Assembly: GCF_006345805.1 (NCBI RefSeq)
Contig: NC_043002.1
Location: 98,456,001 to 98,520,000, forward strand
Length of the DNA: 64,000 nt
Direction of reading: 5' to 3'
Source of the DNA: Octopus sinensis
Taxonomy: Eukaryota
Position numbers and translations under genes: made by a program. Each line of letters opens with the position of its first letter. The stretch's first letter is position 1. Below, piece by piece: positions 1 through 13,188 of the stretch. The notes beneath the pieces are model-generated. The model saw only the letters and a list, made by a program, of their open reading frames with translations, was not told the origin of the DNA and searched no databases.

Positions 1-175
1 ATCATTCTCATTGTACAATGTCTTCATGTGCAGTATCTTCCTTAACCTTCTCACGTTCTGATTTTGATCTAAGTAAATTATATTGGCTACTCTGCAGATA
101 ATCTTATTCTGTACCAGACGATAAGATAGCTTGGGAGATGAAATACAGCACATATTTTATGAGATTTGTCATTAA

Positions 176-232
176 CTATTTGACAGTGGGATTAATTTGC
201 CCCATTCTTGCTTCTAACCTTTCCATTATCTC
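176..232 (-). CDS. Candidate terminal coding exon (EIMERLEARMGQINPTVK*), gene unknown
   Basis: Minus strand reads cactaat (branch point), then catcatctttgttttgtattcag (pyrimidine tract plus AG), then 18 codons and TAG in non-repetitive sequence. No homolog recognised. Confidence 0.35.
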   Translation of the reverse strand, partial: EIMERLEARMGQINPTVK

Positions 233-619
233 CTGAATACAAAACAAAGATGATGCATTAGTGAATGTGGCCTGCAGTAGTTGAGTCATCATTGCTAAGC
301 TACAGTGTCCACATAAAGTAAAAACGGTGGGCAAATGTTGCGTGTTACAGACATTATCAGCGTCATGAGAATGCATATGCCTTTAGTTTATGTATGTATG
401 TATGTATGTATATGGGTGTGCTTGTGTGGGCTTGTCTACTTGATGTACTGTCATGTACTTCAATAACATGTTAAGTATTTTGAAGTGCCTTTTAGCTACA
501 GAAAGGGTTAATAAATTGGTTGCATAAAGTCATTGCTGCATTCAATACTAAACATGGCTAATTTTCTAATGTAATAAAAAACAAAACACAAAAAACCACA
601 ACTCTCAAAATATTTATAT

Positions 620-836
620 ATATATATACAGATGTCTTAGAATTGCTCACATACACACACACACACACTTGCATAGAACTAACTCTGTGTGTGTCTGTAT
701 GCACACGCATATACATACATGAGCATAAACTCGCATGCATGCACAAGCACACACAGACACATATATATGTATATATATGTGTGTGTGTATGTGTATATAT
801 ATATATAAATATATGTATGTATGTGTGTGTGTTGTG

Positions 837-886
<50 letters not shown>

Positions 887-1445
887 TAATATATGTATGT
901 GTGTGTGTATGTGTATATATATATAAATATATGTATGTGTGTGTGTATGTGTATATATATATATAATATATGTATGTGTGTGTGTATGTGTATATATATA
1001 TAAATATATGTATGTGTGTGTGTATGTGTATATATATATAAATATATGTATGTGTGTGTGTATGTGTATATATATATATAAATATATGTATGTATGTGTG
1101 TATGTGTATATATATATAAATATATGTATGTGTGTGTGTATGTGTATATATATATATAAATATATGTATGTGTGTGTGTATGTGTATATATATATATAAA
1201 TATATGTATGTGTGTGTATATGTGTATATATATATAAATATATGTATGAGTATATGTATGTGCATATATACATATATATATATATATATATGTGTGTGTC
1301 TATATATATGTATGTGTATATATACATATATATATGTGTGTGTGTATGTGTATATATACATATATATATATGTGTGTGTATATATATATACACACACACA
1401 CATATATTTATATATGCATATATGTAATATGCATGTGTTTGTATA
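620..1445. repeat. Compound (TA)n/(TG)n microsatellite with ~30-bp higher-order unit
   Basis: Repeated tatgtgtgtgtgtatgtgtatatatatataaatatatg units; explains the YI/HT/CV ORFs. Confidence 0.95.
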
Positions 1446-1559
1446 TAAAATAGCAAACTAAACTTCTAAAAGAGTAATTAAGTTCAATTTTTTTTTTACT
1501 CCACTGTTTCTTTGGAATGCCAGGAGTTGCCTAATTCTTATTTAGGCCTTTTAATTGTC

Positions 1560-2040
1560 CCATTTTTATCATACCTTTCTTTAAAGTTTCTTTCTCCAGT
1601 TCCTTCCTTTCTTTTTCTTTCTCTTTCTCTTTTTTTCTTTAATTGGCTCCTCACTTATTTTTATTTATTTATTGGCATCCTATTCTTTCTTATATTTCTA
1701 CCTCTTTGCTTTCTTTTTCTTATTATTTCTTTTTTCTTCAACATTTTCCTTGTGTTCAGTCTCCTCATCTTTATTTTCTTCATCCTCTTTTCTTGTCTTC
1801 CTTCAACTTTTTCTTAGTTTTCTTTATCTTTTCTTCCTTCATCTTTGCTTTTTTTTTTATCTTTCTTTGACTTCTGACTTCTTCATCTTCGTTTTTCTTT
1901 TTCACTGTCTTTTTATTCTCCTTCAATCTTCTTTCTCTTGAGTTTTCATTTTTATATTCTTCTTCTTCATCTGCTTTGTCTTCTTATTCTCTTCATATTC
2001 TTTTCCTTCTTCTTCCTCCTTCCCCCCCCACTTTTTATTT
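1560..2040. repeat. Polypyrimidine (CTT/T-rich) low-complexity tract
   Basis: Almost purine-free plus strand. Confidence 0.9.
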
Positions 2041-2424
2041 GTTCCCATTAAGTGATGACAATACATTGACCTATAGGTCATGAGTTTAAACTCTGACTCA
2101 TGTCCTTGTATGTTGGTCCCTTAGTCAAGGCTGAATTACTTCAGCTTGTAATCAAGTAACAACTCTTCCTCTACACAGAAACAGTAGCAGATGGGAGTGG
2201 AGAATCCTATCATTAAAAAAAAAAGTAAATAATTAAATAAATAAATAAATAAATAATCTTGTAATTCCCGTTGACATTCTAAATTTCTGAATCCATAAAA
2301 CTGGTGCTGTATTATGTGAGATAAGAAACTGTTAGATGTATATAATGGAAAAATTGGGTGGCTGGTGACAGAATCAGTGGTGTATCCAATTAATTTGTTA
2401 AAGGTTTTAGTTACATTATCATTT

Positions 2425-2960
2425 ATCTTTTATCCTTTGCATGTTTCAGTCATTAGACTACGGCCATGCTGGAGTACTGCCCTGAAGAATTTTCAGTTGA
2501 ATGAATTGATCCCAGTACTTATTTGTTCTAACCCTTTCGTTACCAACCCGGCCAAAACCGGCTCTGGCTCTGTAGTACAAATGTCTTTTTTTCATAAGTT
2601 TTGCATCAAAATATACCACCAAACCTTAATCACAAGTTATATTCCTAATACTAGCTTAATGATAACTAAGTTATTTTACTAAATTCTTTGTTATATTTAA
2701 AATAATTGAAAGAAACACAGAGCATCTCAAAATAAATACGGTAACGAAAGGGTCTCTTTTGCTGAACCAGTTGACAAGCAGTGGTGAAGGACACGGACAC
2801 AAACACACACAAACACACACACACACACACACGTGCACATACACACACACATGCACATATAAACACAAGCACATGCACACTCATATACAACAGTTTGTAT
2901 CTACCAAATCCACTCACAAGGCTTCAATTGGCCCAAAGCTGTAGTAGAAGACTTTGCTTT
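2425..2960 (-). mobile_element. Old family-A tRNA-SINE interrupted by a MITE
   Basis: Diverged tttcagtcattagactacggccatgctggag ... ctaccaaatccactcacaaggc blocks on either side of the 2532-2752 insert. Confidence 0.75.
2532..2752. mobile_element. piggyBac-type MITE (~220 bp)
   Basis: TIRs ccctttcgttacc / ggtaacgaaaggg; same family as 18800-19019, which has TTAA flanks. Confidence 0.8.
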
Positions 2961-3852
2961 CATTCTTCTGGGGTTGATAAAATAAAGGAGCAATCAAGTT
3001 CTAACGTCGACTTAATCAGTTTATCCCATTTTCACAGACTTCGTGGTCTTGTGGTCCCTGTTGAGAAATTTTGTAGTTCTTTTTTTTTTTGTGATTGTTT
3101 TATTGTTTACACATGTATATATGCAAATCTGTACTGTCTCTTGTTTCTGTAGTATTCTAAATATTTTTAGGCCCTTGTGGCCTATAAATTATTGATCATT
3201 ATCATCATTGCTGTTACTATTAAAGGGGTAAGCTGGCAAAATTGTTAGCACTCAGGACAGAATACTTGGTGACATTTCTTCTGGTTTTGAGTTCAAATAC
3301 CACCAAAATTGACTTTGTCTTTCATTCTTTTGGTGTTCAATAAAATAAGTACCATTTAAGCACTGCTGTATATATAATTAATTAGACTCCTCCTTACAAA
3401 ATTTCAGGCCTGGTACCTGTAATAGAAAGGGTTATCATCATCATCATCATCATCATCATTATTATTGTTCATATACACACAACAGATTAGACTGTTGGAA
3501 AAGAAAAATTCTTAACATCAGGCTACAAAAAAGTAACCTTAGATACCAAGAATCTTTCTAAGTATCCTAGCTGTCCCTAATAACACTGTTTTCTGGAGCT
3601 GTACTAAACTGAGTTTTTATGCCTATTTTGTCTGCCCATCTGTTCAAATCTTCAGAGATAGTTCCTGATGCACCTATGACTGCTGGGATACATTTTTCCA
3701 TAGTCTCTGTAATCCAATGTCCTGGTACTTTGCTATTTTTTCTATATCTCTCCTATTGGTTTTTTTCATCACTTGGAATTGTAAAATCAGTTATCTGGCA
3801 CTTTCTATGCTCTGTATCTGTTATTATTATTATTAATATTATTATTATTATT

Positions 3853-4395
3853 GAGTGAGAGAGCAGTTCATGCCATCAAAGTGACACTGGGGTAAAATAT
3901 ACGAAGCCCAATATACCCATCATGACTACCCGTCTGATAAAGGTACACCAGGCACATGCATCACAACCATATGTGCGCGACATGGTGATCTCATATCAAG
4001 ATAAACAGCACATGACCTTGCAGGTGGGGCCCAGTTTGAATTTTCTTCAGGTTGAGTAGCCCATCCCGCTCAAACGGTCCCCGAATAAGGGTTGTTTAAG
4101 GATGTTGAAAGAACCACCCATGTTTCCAGAGGTGAACTATTCAAACCCCAAAGCATCCCTCTCAACACATGGCTATGATGCTCCCCCACTACTTCTGCTC
4201 GTGATCAGAGATGCACATATCGTCAGCCACTAAGGGACATGCTCAACTGGTTAAGGTCAAACAACTGACAAGCAAATCTGTGGTATTGAGCAGAATATTT
4301 GCTGTAGCCCATCTTTTATACCAAGACAAAACAATGTACATGATAACACTTCCAATCAGTTAAGATCAGAAGCCATGAGAGCCACTGCCTGGTAC
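3853..4395 (-). mobile_element. ~540-bp dispersed repeat (family E) embedded in (ATT)n
   Basis: Reverse-complement match to 39668-40173 with the same ends; both flanked by TAA repeats. Strand is inferred from the tail orientation. Confidence 0.85.
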
Positions 4396-4418
4396 ATTAT
4401 TATTATTATTATTATTAC

Positions 4419-4454
<36 letters not shown>

Positions 4455-4576
4455 TATTATTACTATTATTATTATTATTACTATTACTATTATTATTACT
4501 ATTACTATTATTATTATTATTACTATTATTATTACTATTATTAATACTATTACTATTATTATTATTATTATTATTA
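4396..4576. repeat. (ATT/ACT)n microsatellite
   Basis: Direct reading. Confidence 0.95.
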
Positions 4577-5400
4577 GGTGAGTTCAGATCCTGCCAAAGT
4601 TAACTTTCAGGGTCAATAATATAAAGTACTTCTCATGTAGTTCTGTACCAAAATTTGAAAGAATTATGGTTAGGGTGGTGAACTGGTAGAATTGTAAGAA
4701 TACCAGACAAAATGCTTTGCTATATTTGTACTAACTTAATACATTCTGAGTTCACATCTTGCCAAAGTTAACTTTGTCTTTTGTCATCTTGTGGGCCAAT
4801 AAAATTAAAGTGTCAAGTTGTGGTTAGAAAGCTTGCTTCCTAACGATGTGGTCTTCAATTCATTCTCACTGCATGGTACCTAGGGCAAGTGTTTTCTACT
4901 ATAGTTCTGGGCAGCCCAAGGCCTTGTGAGTGGATTTAGTAGAAAGAAACTGGAAAAAGCCCATCACATGTGTGTGCATATGTGTGTCTGTGAGTGTGTG
5001 TGTGTGTGTGAGGTATTGGTACTTAGAAGACCCATAGACTTACAAAACCCTTTCTAATGAGTAACACAGATTCCATGGCTCCATACTTTGAAATGATTAA
5101 ACATGAACTACTATTGGAACTTACATACCATGTACAGGAAACTTTTTTACCACTTCTATTCACCAATTTACTTGAATAATGGAACTTCAACTACAATCTC
5201 TTTATATACGATGAGGATGATGATGATGATTCTCCTATAGAGGGAAATAAGAGATCATCATCATCATCATCGTTGTAAAGCGGATGCTAAACGACGATGA
5301 TGATTCTCTTATTTCCTTCTATATTCCCGATCTCCTCCTTTTCCATAATAATTCTTTATTTCAAACTCAAATATTTACCTCTATTTAACCGTCTTATACT

Positions 5401-5448
5401 GTCTCTGATGAGGGGATATCCAGAACATCCCAGAAACAGCTGTAAGAC
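5401..5448 (+). ncRNA. Minimal type I hammerhead ribozyme motif (Penelope-type)
   Basis: gtct-CTGATGA-g-gggat..atccc-a-GAAA-cagctg-TA-agac. Stem I gtct/agac, stem II gggat/atccc, palindromic stem III, GUA cleavage triplet. The closing pair of stem II is G.A rather than G-C. Confidence 0.75.
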
Positions 5449-5457
5449 TCTATACCT

Positions 5458-5687
5458 ATTTCTTTACTACCCACAAGGAGCTAAACACTGAAGGGACAAA
5501 CAAGGACAGACAAACGGATTAAGTCGATTATATAAACCCCAGTGCGTAACTGGTACTTAATTTATCGACCCCGAAAGGATGAAAGGCATAGTCGACCTGG
5601 GCGGAATTTGAACTCAGAACGTAACCGCAGACGAAATACTGCTAAGCATTTCATCTGGCATGCTAACGATTCTGCCAGCTCGCCGCC
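5458..5687 (-). mobile_element. Young Nin-domain tRNA-SINE (family C) with 15-bp TSD
   Basis: Sense: ggcggcgagctggcagaatcgttagc..gagttcaaattcc..gcctttcatcctttcggggtcgataaattaagtaccag. TSD taagactctatacct at 5443-5457 and 5689-5703. Confidence 0.85.
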
Positions 5688-5949
5688 TTAAGACTCTATA
5701 CCTTATAAATGTCCTGGAAACTCCTCACAGCCTTGACTTTGTTATCTCATTTTGTCTAATATATAATGTAAAAAATAAATAACGCTGAAGCAAAGTAGCA
5801 CCAAATATATAGTGTGTGTGTTTTTATTGGCTAAACTGGCAAAATGACCAATCCTAAATACAACAATATCTGTTTCAACACACGATTTCACATCAAAAAT
5901 CTTGCAAAACAAATATATAAATGTAGATATATATATATATATGTTTGTG

Positions 5950-6186
5950 CGTATTCTTGCCTTGACATCATATGATTGTCGTGGGAATTCATCACTGTCA
6001 TAAAGGCAATGTATTTTGTTTCCAGTCTTCTGTGACAAACATATCTAGCCATGGAGGAATATTACCTTGCTCAAAAACAGGTGATATTTGGTGACAGGAG
6101 GGGCCTTCCAGCTGTAAAAAAAATAATAACCTACTGCAACAAATTCCATCTGACCTATGCAAGCATGGAAAAGTGGACATTAAATG
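5950..6186 (+). mobile_element. Old SINE body with family-D-like tail (related copies ~8395-8610, ~57775-57975)
   Basis: Shared ttgacat..gatagttg..atattaccttgct..aagggcatc..catgcaagcatggaaa blocks. Confidence 0.6.
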
Positions 6187-6679
6187 CTTAAGAAATGAAT
6201 TAATAAATAAATATATTTTGAGATTAAATGTCTTCCCACCAACCGAAAAAATAAAATTTTGATAAATAGTTGCAGAACCTGGTCATATCTCCTCTATACA
6301 TTGTGTATACGTGCCTTTCTACAGGTATGTTGTACCAAAGTCTAGTATACTGATAAAAATCTAGTGTAGCCTAACCTTCACCTGATGATGTCATTGTTTA
6401 AACAACCACACCTCCACCCCAGTGAACAATATTCTGCTTTAGGGATTGTATTTACTTTGTGTATGTGTGTATGTGTGTATATATATATAAATCTTGAATG
6501 CCATACAGGCTTGGAAAGTAGATTTAAATTGATGATGATTCATACCTGTACACTCACATTTAAAGTTTCATGAAAAGTTTGAAAGTAAAAACTGAAGAAA
6601 TTACTACTACTACTACTATTAGTGGTGATGGTGAGCTGGCAGAACTCTTAACATGATGGTCTACATTAGCATTTTGGCT

Positions 6680-6960
6680 TCAAAGTATATACTGTCCATG
6701 CAGAGGCATCTGTCTCCACTGCTCCTCAATTTGTTTCTGCCTGTTCTTTTTTGCAGTTTGTTTAGTGATTTCAGGTTCTTCATCTAATTCAGGGTTAATG
6801 CCAAATTCCCTTGCAAATTTGGAAGCTTCCATGACAATAGAATGTGATTTTTTGCTGCTTTCGTGCTTGCGCACAAATTCTGCTATGGTTGACTTTTGTC
6901 ATTTGGGATTTGTTAAAATAAGTACTAACCGAGCAGTGGGCTTGATGTAATTGCCTAACC
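6680..6960 (-). pseudogene. R4/Dong-clade non-LTR retrotransposon ORF fragment
   Basis: Translation ...KQIEEQWRQMPLHGQY resembles the W-x3-PLHGQ motif downstream of the RT in R4-clade elements. Confidence 0.6.
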
Positions 6961-7086
6961 CTTTCACTCCCAAATCACTTGCCTTGCTGTGTAAAAGCTT
7001 GTAAAAGCATCATCTCATCTGTTGGTAACATCACCTGTCAAGAAACATCACCACCTTAAAGTCATGTGTACATGCAGATATTTAGT

Positions 7087-7468
7087 GGAGGCGCAATGGC
7101 CCAGTGGTTAGGGTAGCGGACTCGCGGTCATAGGATAGCGGTTTCGATTCCCAGACCGGGCGTTGTGAGTGTTTATTGAGCGAAAACACCTAAAGCTCCA
7201 CGAGGCTCCGGCAGGGGATGGTGGTGGTCCCTGCTGTACTCTTTCACTGCAACTTTCTCTCACTCTTACTTCCTGTTTCTGTTGTACCTGTATTTCAAAG
7301 GGCCGGCCTTGTCACTCTCTGTGTCACGCTGAATATCCCCGAGAACTACGTTAAGGGTACACGTGTCTGTGGAGTGCTCAGCCACTTACACGTTAATTTC
7401 ATGAGCAGGCTGTTCCGTTGATCGGATCAACCGGAACCCTCGTCGTCGTAACCGACGGAGTGCTTCCA
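7087..7468 (+). mobile_element. tRNA-derived SINE family B (possibly octopus OR-type)
   Basis: A box tggcccagtgg, B box tttcgattcc; TSD catgcagatattt; near-identical to 22371-22754 and 59848-60231. Confidence 0.9.
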
Positions 7469-7484
7469 CATGCAGATATTTTAA

Positions 7485-7702
7485 CCCTTAGTTAACATAT
7501 TTATGTTGAAATACACTGCCTTTGTTTAATTCATTTCCGAAATAATGAAGAATTTATAAAGTAAGTATTTTTTTTAGCTGGTGTTTAGAACATAAATTAG
7601 CATAAAATCTTGATGGAAGGTTTCATTGAAGCCAATTTAAAATATGAAGTTTCAGTATCCTTGAACCAGGGGCAGTATCAAGCAGATTGGTCTCAAAATG
7701 GT
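7485..7702. mobile_element. Degenerate piggyBac-type MITE
   Basis: ttaaccctt ... aatggttaa ends; internal similarity to the reverse complement of 2532-2752. Confidence 0.55.
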
Positions 7703-9020
7703 TAAAGTAGGGATCAGTAATGGTTCACTTTTGACTTTTTTATTCTTGCCTCATGTCCCACACATATTTTACCATAGCTTACAAAATATATCCTAGTATA
7801 TTTCCGCTTTTCCATCACTGAAAATGCTTATTTAAGCAAAAGTCATCCCCTGCTCCAATGGCTTGCAGATAAGAAAGGTCTGAAGCCCACAATGATCACC
7901 TCTATGAGTCATTTGTTGACCACAGCCCACTTGTTTTCAACTCTTGTGCAGAGTATATTCTACATTGCTATGGAAGTTGTCTTGTAACACTAAAAAGACT
8001 ATGCAGCTGTTACATCATTTCTTTTTGCAAATGTATGAATTTTTAGACCTTTTAAACTAACCTTATCAATATTGACAGTCTTTTGTTTAAACAATAAAGG
8101 AAATGCAAACAAAATTTTTAACTGATAATTATATAGACTGAGTAGGCTTAAGTAGGAATGTGATGATGAATCATTCAAATTCTGGATCATTTGTTAAGCA
8201 TGTCAAAAATTAGACCGCACAAATAGAAATGATTTTTACTTAACTACTCTTAAATGTAAAATAGCTAATAAGGATTCTTCAATGTTTTGGTGAAATTTTT
8301 CTAAAGCTATGTAACTGAAGAAGGTATGGGCTTGGGTGTATGTGTGGTTGATTGCGTGTGTGTGTGTGTATTATGTGTATGTATTATGTGTGTGTATGCC
8401 TCCTTGTTTTGATATTGCGTGATAGTTGTAAATGAATGTCACTGTATGTTATTGTCATTCCAGCAGTGTCATTCCATTTCTAGTATTCTTCAAAAACATT
8501 ACTGGCCTTTTGAGAAATATTACCTTGCTTGGAAACTGTAAGAGTTGACATCTAGAAGGGTGCCTGGCTGCAGAAAATCTGTCTCAACAAAACTCTGCAC
8601 AATCTGTGCAACCTGTGTAGGTTTCAATGATGAGGATTTAGTTCATTGGTTTAGCATATAAATGCTTGACCATTTCAAAGACACTTGTACTCTTAACTTA
8701 ATTCTGAAGCAGAATCAGTATGACACAGCATATGACAAGACTGTACCTTTTGAACTACGAGGGCAATCCATCTGATGGGTTCCTATTCAGCTTCCATGTA
8801 CCCACTTTCACTCAGATTGGCTCAGCTTACAGAAAATGACATTTACCCAAGATGCTGTGCAGTGGTATTGAACCTAAGGCCTTATGGTTATGAAGTGAAA
8901 TTCTTAGCCATTGAGCCATAAGTAGTACGGTACTATAGAATTGCACAAGCTGTTGGATACTTTCTGCATAGTTGCATTTTCATGTTTCACTGCAGGTATT
9001 GCATTTTTAAACTTTTAATG

Positions 9021-9079
<59 letters not shown>

Positions 9080-9081
<2 letters not shown>

Positions 9082-9300
9082 CGTGTGTGTGGAGGAGTAA
9101 TATGCACTTACCTTTATATATACACAACCTATTTTTTACATTGATATATAAGCGTTTGTGCAGGAGTAATGGGCACCAACCTTGATACATACAATAACCT
9201 ATTTATACTGATATAAATAAATATGCATACATATATATATAAATGTGCATGTAGGTGTAATATGCACTAACCTTCATACACACACAACCTATTAATACTG
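9080..9300. repeat. Degenerate tandem repeat, 3 units of ~70-95 bp
   Basis: Three copies of aggagtaatatgcactaacctt..atac..caacctatt..atactg, following (TA)n at 9023-9078. Confidence 0.75.
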
Positions 9301-10539
9301 CCCTTAATAACATTCCAATTGCAAGCTGATACCCTCATCCTATTATTGTAACTTCCCATTATAACTCAATGCAATCTTCTCTTCTCACTCTCAGTAGATG
9401 TAAGAATGTATAATATAAGGTTTAACCATTTTCTGTATGTTTTTAACTAATTTTGAAAATAATAAAGAATTTGAAGGTATTAGTAAAGCAATTCATTAAG
9501 TTAATGTTTAGCAGACTCATTAGAACGATGGACAAAAATATATTTTGCATAATTTGTCCCAAGTCCAGTCTAAGTTCAAATCCCACTAAGATTAACTTTA
9601 CTCTTTATCATTTTTAGAGTTGATAACATAAAGTGTGTACATAAAGTTAAGTACTGGGAATTGCTATAATTGACTCAATCCCATTGACTCCTTCAGATTT
9701 GAGCCCTTGTACTTAGGTTAGAAATAGTTAAGGTTTGGAATATAAGCTTTTTTTTATAATTATGAATGAAGGTTTTAATTTTGGTTTTAACAATTCAGAA
9801 TGAAATGTTTTGTTACATAGAAGTGTTAATAGTTTTGGGGCAATTTAGTATAAAAAAAAGTTGAAGGTATTGAACTAATTGGTCATAAAGGTTAAATTCA
9901 AATCTATTGCAGGTGTTCTAACCAGGATACTTTATTTTACAGTTTATTATCACTTTCAGTAACTGTTAAAAAATAGGTTCTCAGTTGACTGGAACACACT
10001 GATGTTCAATCCAGAGGAAAGCTGTGTTTTCTATCCAATTTATATCAGAAAACTGAATCTTAGGCATTGACACTTAAAAAATCCTTAAGGTTTAGGCTGT
10101 ATTTCCATTATCAGTATTACACAATATTATATTCCTAGACCTATACAAATATACAGCCACTTACCTACCAACACTTACATAAACACATAGATACATATAT
10201 ATTTACATACGTGCACAGTCTTTTTGCATGTTTGAAGATATGTGTTGAAAGGCACAAATAAGCATATACTTGTAGTATTACACTCGTAGACATACAAATG
10301 TGCATACAGACACACATGCTTATATATATATATATGCATGTATATATACACACACACTAATGTTGCCTTTGCTATTATGCCATCCCCATAACATATGTGC
10401 AGCGAGCTTAGAATACTAACATCAAAGATAAATAGTTTCACAAGACATACACACACACATACACACATAGCAAAGTACACACACACACACACATACATGC
10501 ATCTATACATACATGTGTTGAAGACATTATTACCATGAT

Positions 10540-10922
10540 ATATATACATATATACGTGTGTGTGTGTGTGTGTATATATATATATGTGTATATATATGTG
10601 TATATATATGTGTATATATATGTATATATATATGTATATATATATGTATATATATATGTATATATATGTATATATATATGTATATATATATATATATGTA
10701 TATATATGTGTATATATATGTGTATATATATGTATATATGTGTATATATATATATGTGTATATATATGTGTATATATATGTGTATATATATGTATATATA
10801 TATGTGTATATATATGTATATATATATGTGTATATATATATGTGTATATATATATGTGTATATATATATATATGTATATATATATGTATATATATGTATA
10901 TATATATGTATATATATATATA
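10540..10922. repeat. (TA/TG)n microsatellite
   Basis: Direct reading. Confidence 0.95.
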
Positions 10923-11344
10923 GCATCCATAATATCACTGTGTAGCAAGTGCTTACATCAAAGATGGAAAACTACACAATAAAGTAACACACACGCACAC
11001 ACACACACACTATTACATTTTTACTAAGTTGATGCCAAAGATGGAACCTTCTACAATAAACAAACAATTCTCCCTCAAAGACATTCCTTTCTTGTTTGTT
11101 CTGCATCCAGATTGCATTGATCATGACACCATAAAGATGATGTTTAATCTTGACACAGGCTAATGTGTACACTTGGTCTTTATACAAATATATCATTAAT
11201 CATACACGCATGCACACGGCATATACAATGCACACACACACACTTATATATTTCTAAGAGACACAGATATGCAGATATTCTAACACATACATATGGACAC
11301 ACACATACAATCCAATCGCCCACATACACACTGATCACACACAT

Positions 11345-11350
11345 ATAAAT

Positions 11351-11389
<39 letters not shown>

Positions 11390-11442
11390 CACACATATAT
11401 ATATATAGTATATATATATATATTATATATATATATATATAT

Positions 11443-11487
<45 letters not shown>

Positions 11488-11516
11488 TATATATATATAT
11501 TATATATATATATATT

Positions 11517-11564
<48 letters not shown>

Positions 11565-11605
11565 TACACACACACACATATATATTATATATATATATAT
11601 ATATA

Positions 11606-11702
<97 letters not shown>

Positions 11703-11703
11703 T

Positions 11704-11745
<42 letters not shown>

Positions 11746-11757
11746 CACACATATATA

Positions 11758-11788
<31 letters not shown>

Positions 11789-11807
11789 CATATATATACA
11801 CACACAC

Positions 11808-11841
<34 letters not shown>

Positions 11842-11857
11842 TATATACACACCACAC

Positions 11858-11890
<33 letters not shown>

Positions 11891-11920
11891 CTCATACAAG
11901 TATACATATACACATATATC
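11345..11920. repeat. (TA/CA)n compound microsatellite
   Basis: Direct reading. Confidence 0.95.
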
Positions 11921-12443
11921 TGAGAGAGATGGAGAGAAAGAGAAAGTCGGTGAAGTTCCACCCATGTCAACATTGAAGAGTAGACATAAAACAATAGCTT
12001 ACTCATGTGTACAGAGACAGATACACACACACACTTATAGATGGGCAAATATGTACATAGTTTGCATATATGCAGAAAAAGACAGATGCAGACAATTACA
12101 AATATATACACTTGCATATGTAAACTGAATGTACATATATTAGACTGTTAGATCAAGAGTTATTGATCTTCCAGTTCAGAGCACGCTATTACTTTCTCCT
12201 ATGTAATGGACAGAGGAAGTTCTTTGCTACACCAGCTGAATCCTTGAAGAAGAATTCACTGCCGGTTGTTGATAAGGCAGATGTGACAAAATTTTATAAG
12301 TGGCTGAATAATCTGAACATCCCTACACACACATGCATACAGGCACACATGCACACACACACACACTTATATGTGTGCACGTGCAAATGGCCCTTATAAT
12401 TTGTGTGTCAGCAAAATTATTCTCATATTTCAGATGACACATA

Positions 12444-13188
12444 ACTCTTTACTCTTTTACTCTTTTACTTGTTTCAGTCATTTGACTGCGGCCATGCTGG
12501 AGCACCGCCTTTAGTCGATCAAATCGACCCCGGCACTTATTCTTTGTAAGCCCAGTACTTATTCTATCGGTCTCTTTTGCTGAACCGCTAAGTGATGGGG
12601 ACGTAAACACACCAGCATCGGTTGTCAAGCAATGCTAGGGGGACAAACACAGACACACAAACATATACATATATACGACATGCTTCTTTCAGTTTCCGTC
12701 TACCAAATCCACTCACAAGGCATTGGTCGGCCCGGGGCTATAGCAGAAGACTATATAGCCCAAGATGCCACGCAGTGGGACTGAACCCGCAACCATGTAG
12801 TTGGTTAGCAAGCTACTTACCACACAGCCACTCCTGTGCCTATAAGTTAGTACTTGTTTGTGATGCTATGAATCGACCCCGGGACTTATTCTTTGTAAGC
12901 CCAGTACTTATTCTATCGGTCTCTTTTGGCGAACCGCTAAGTGACGGGGACGTAAACACACCAGCATCGGTTGTCAAGCAATGCTAGGGGAACAAACACA
13001 GACACACAAACATATACATATATACGACAGGCTTCTTTCAGTTTCCGTCTACCAAATCCACTCACAAGGCATTGGTTGGCCCGGGGCTATAGCAGAAGAC
13101 ACTTGTCCAAGATGCCACGCAGTGGGACTGAACCCGCAACCATGTGGTTGGTTAGCAAGCTACTTACCACACAGCCACTCCTGCGCCT
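12444..13188 (-). mobile_element. Family-A tRNA-SINE plus tandem partial duplicate
   Basis: Full copy 12444-12841; second copy 12871-13188. Sense head aggcgcaggagtggctgtgtgg (A box)..ggttcagtcc (B box), internal TA/CA microsatellite, tail (gtaaaaga)n. Confidence 0.92.

Noticed and set aside
558-1461. Long ORFs rich in Y/I/H/T/C/V (also at 10175-11965, 31269-31930, 60548-60825, 63087-63450)
   Set aside because: Translations of TA/CA microsatellites, which lack stop codons in some frames.
1512-1941. Hydrophobic F/L/S-rich membrane-protein-like ORFs (also 30155-31365)
   Set aside because: Artefacts of polypyrimidine tracts.
7087-7160. Functional tRNA gene (also 34056, 41104, 56959, 59848)
   Set aside because: tRNA-like heads without a convincing acceptor stem, continuing into SINE or PLE bodies.
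12163-12310. Possible coding exon or mariner C-terminal remnant
   Set aside because: No convincing motif or splice-site pair could be established by eye.
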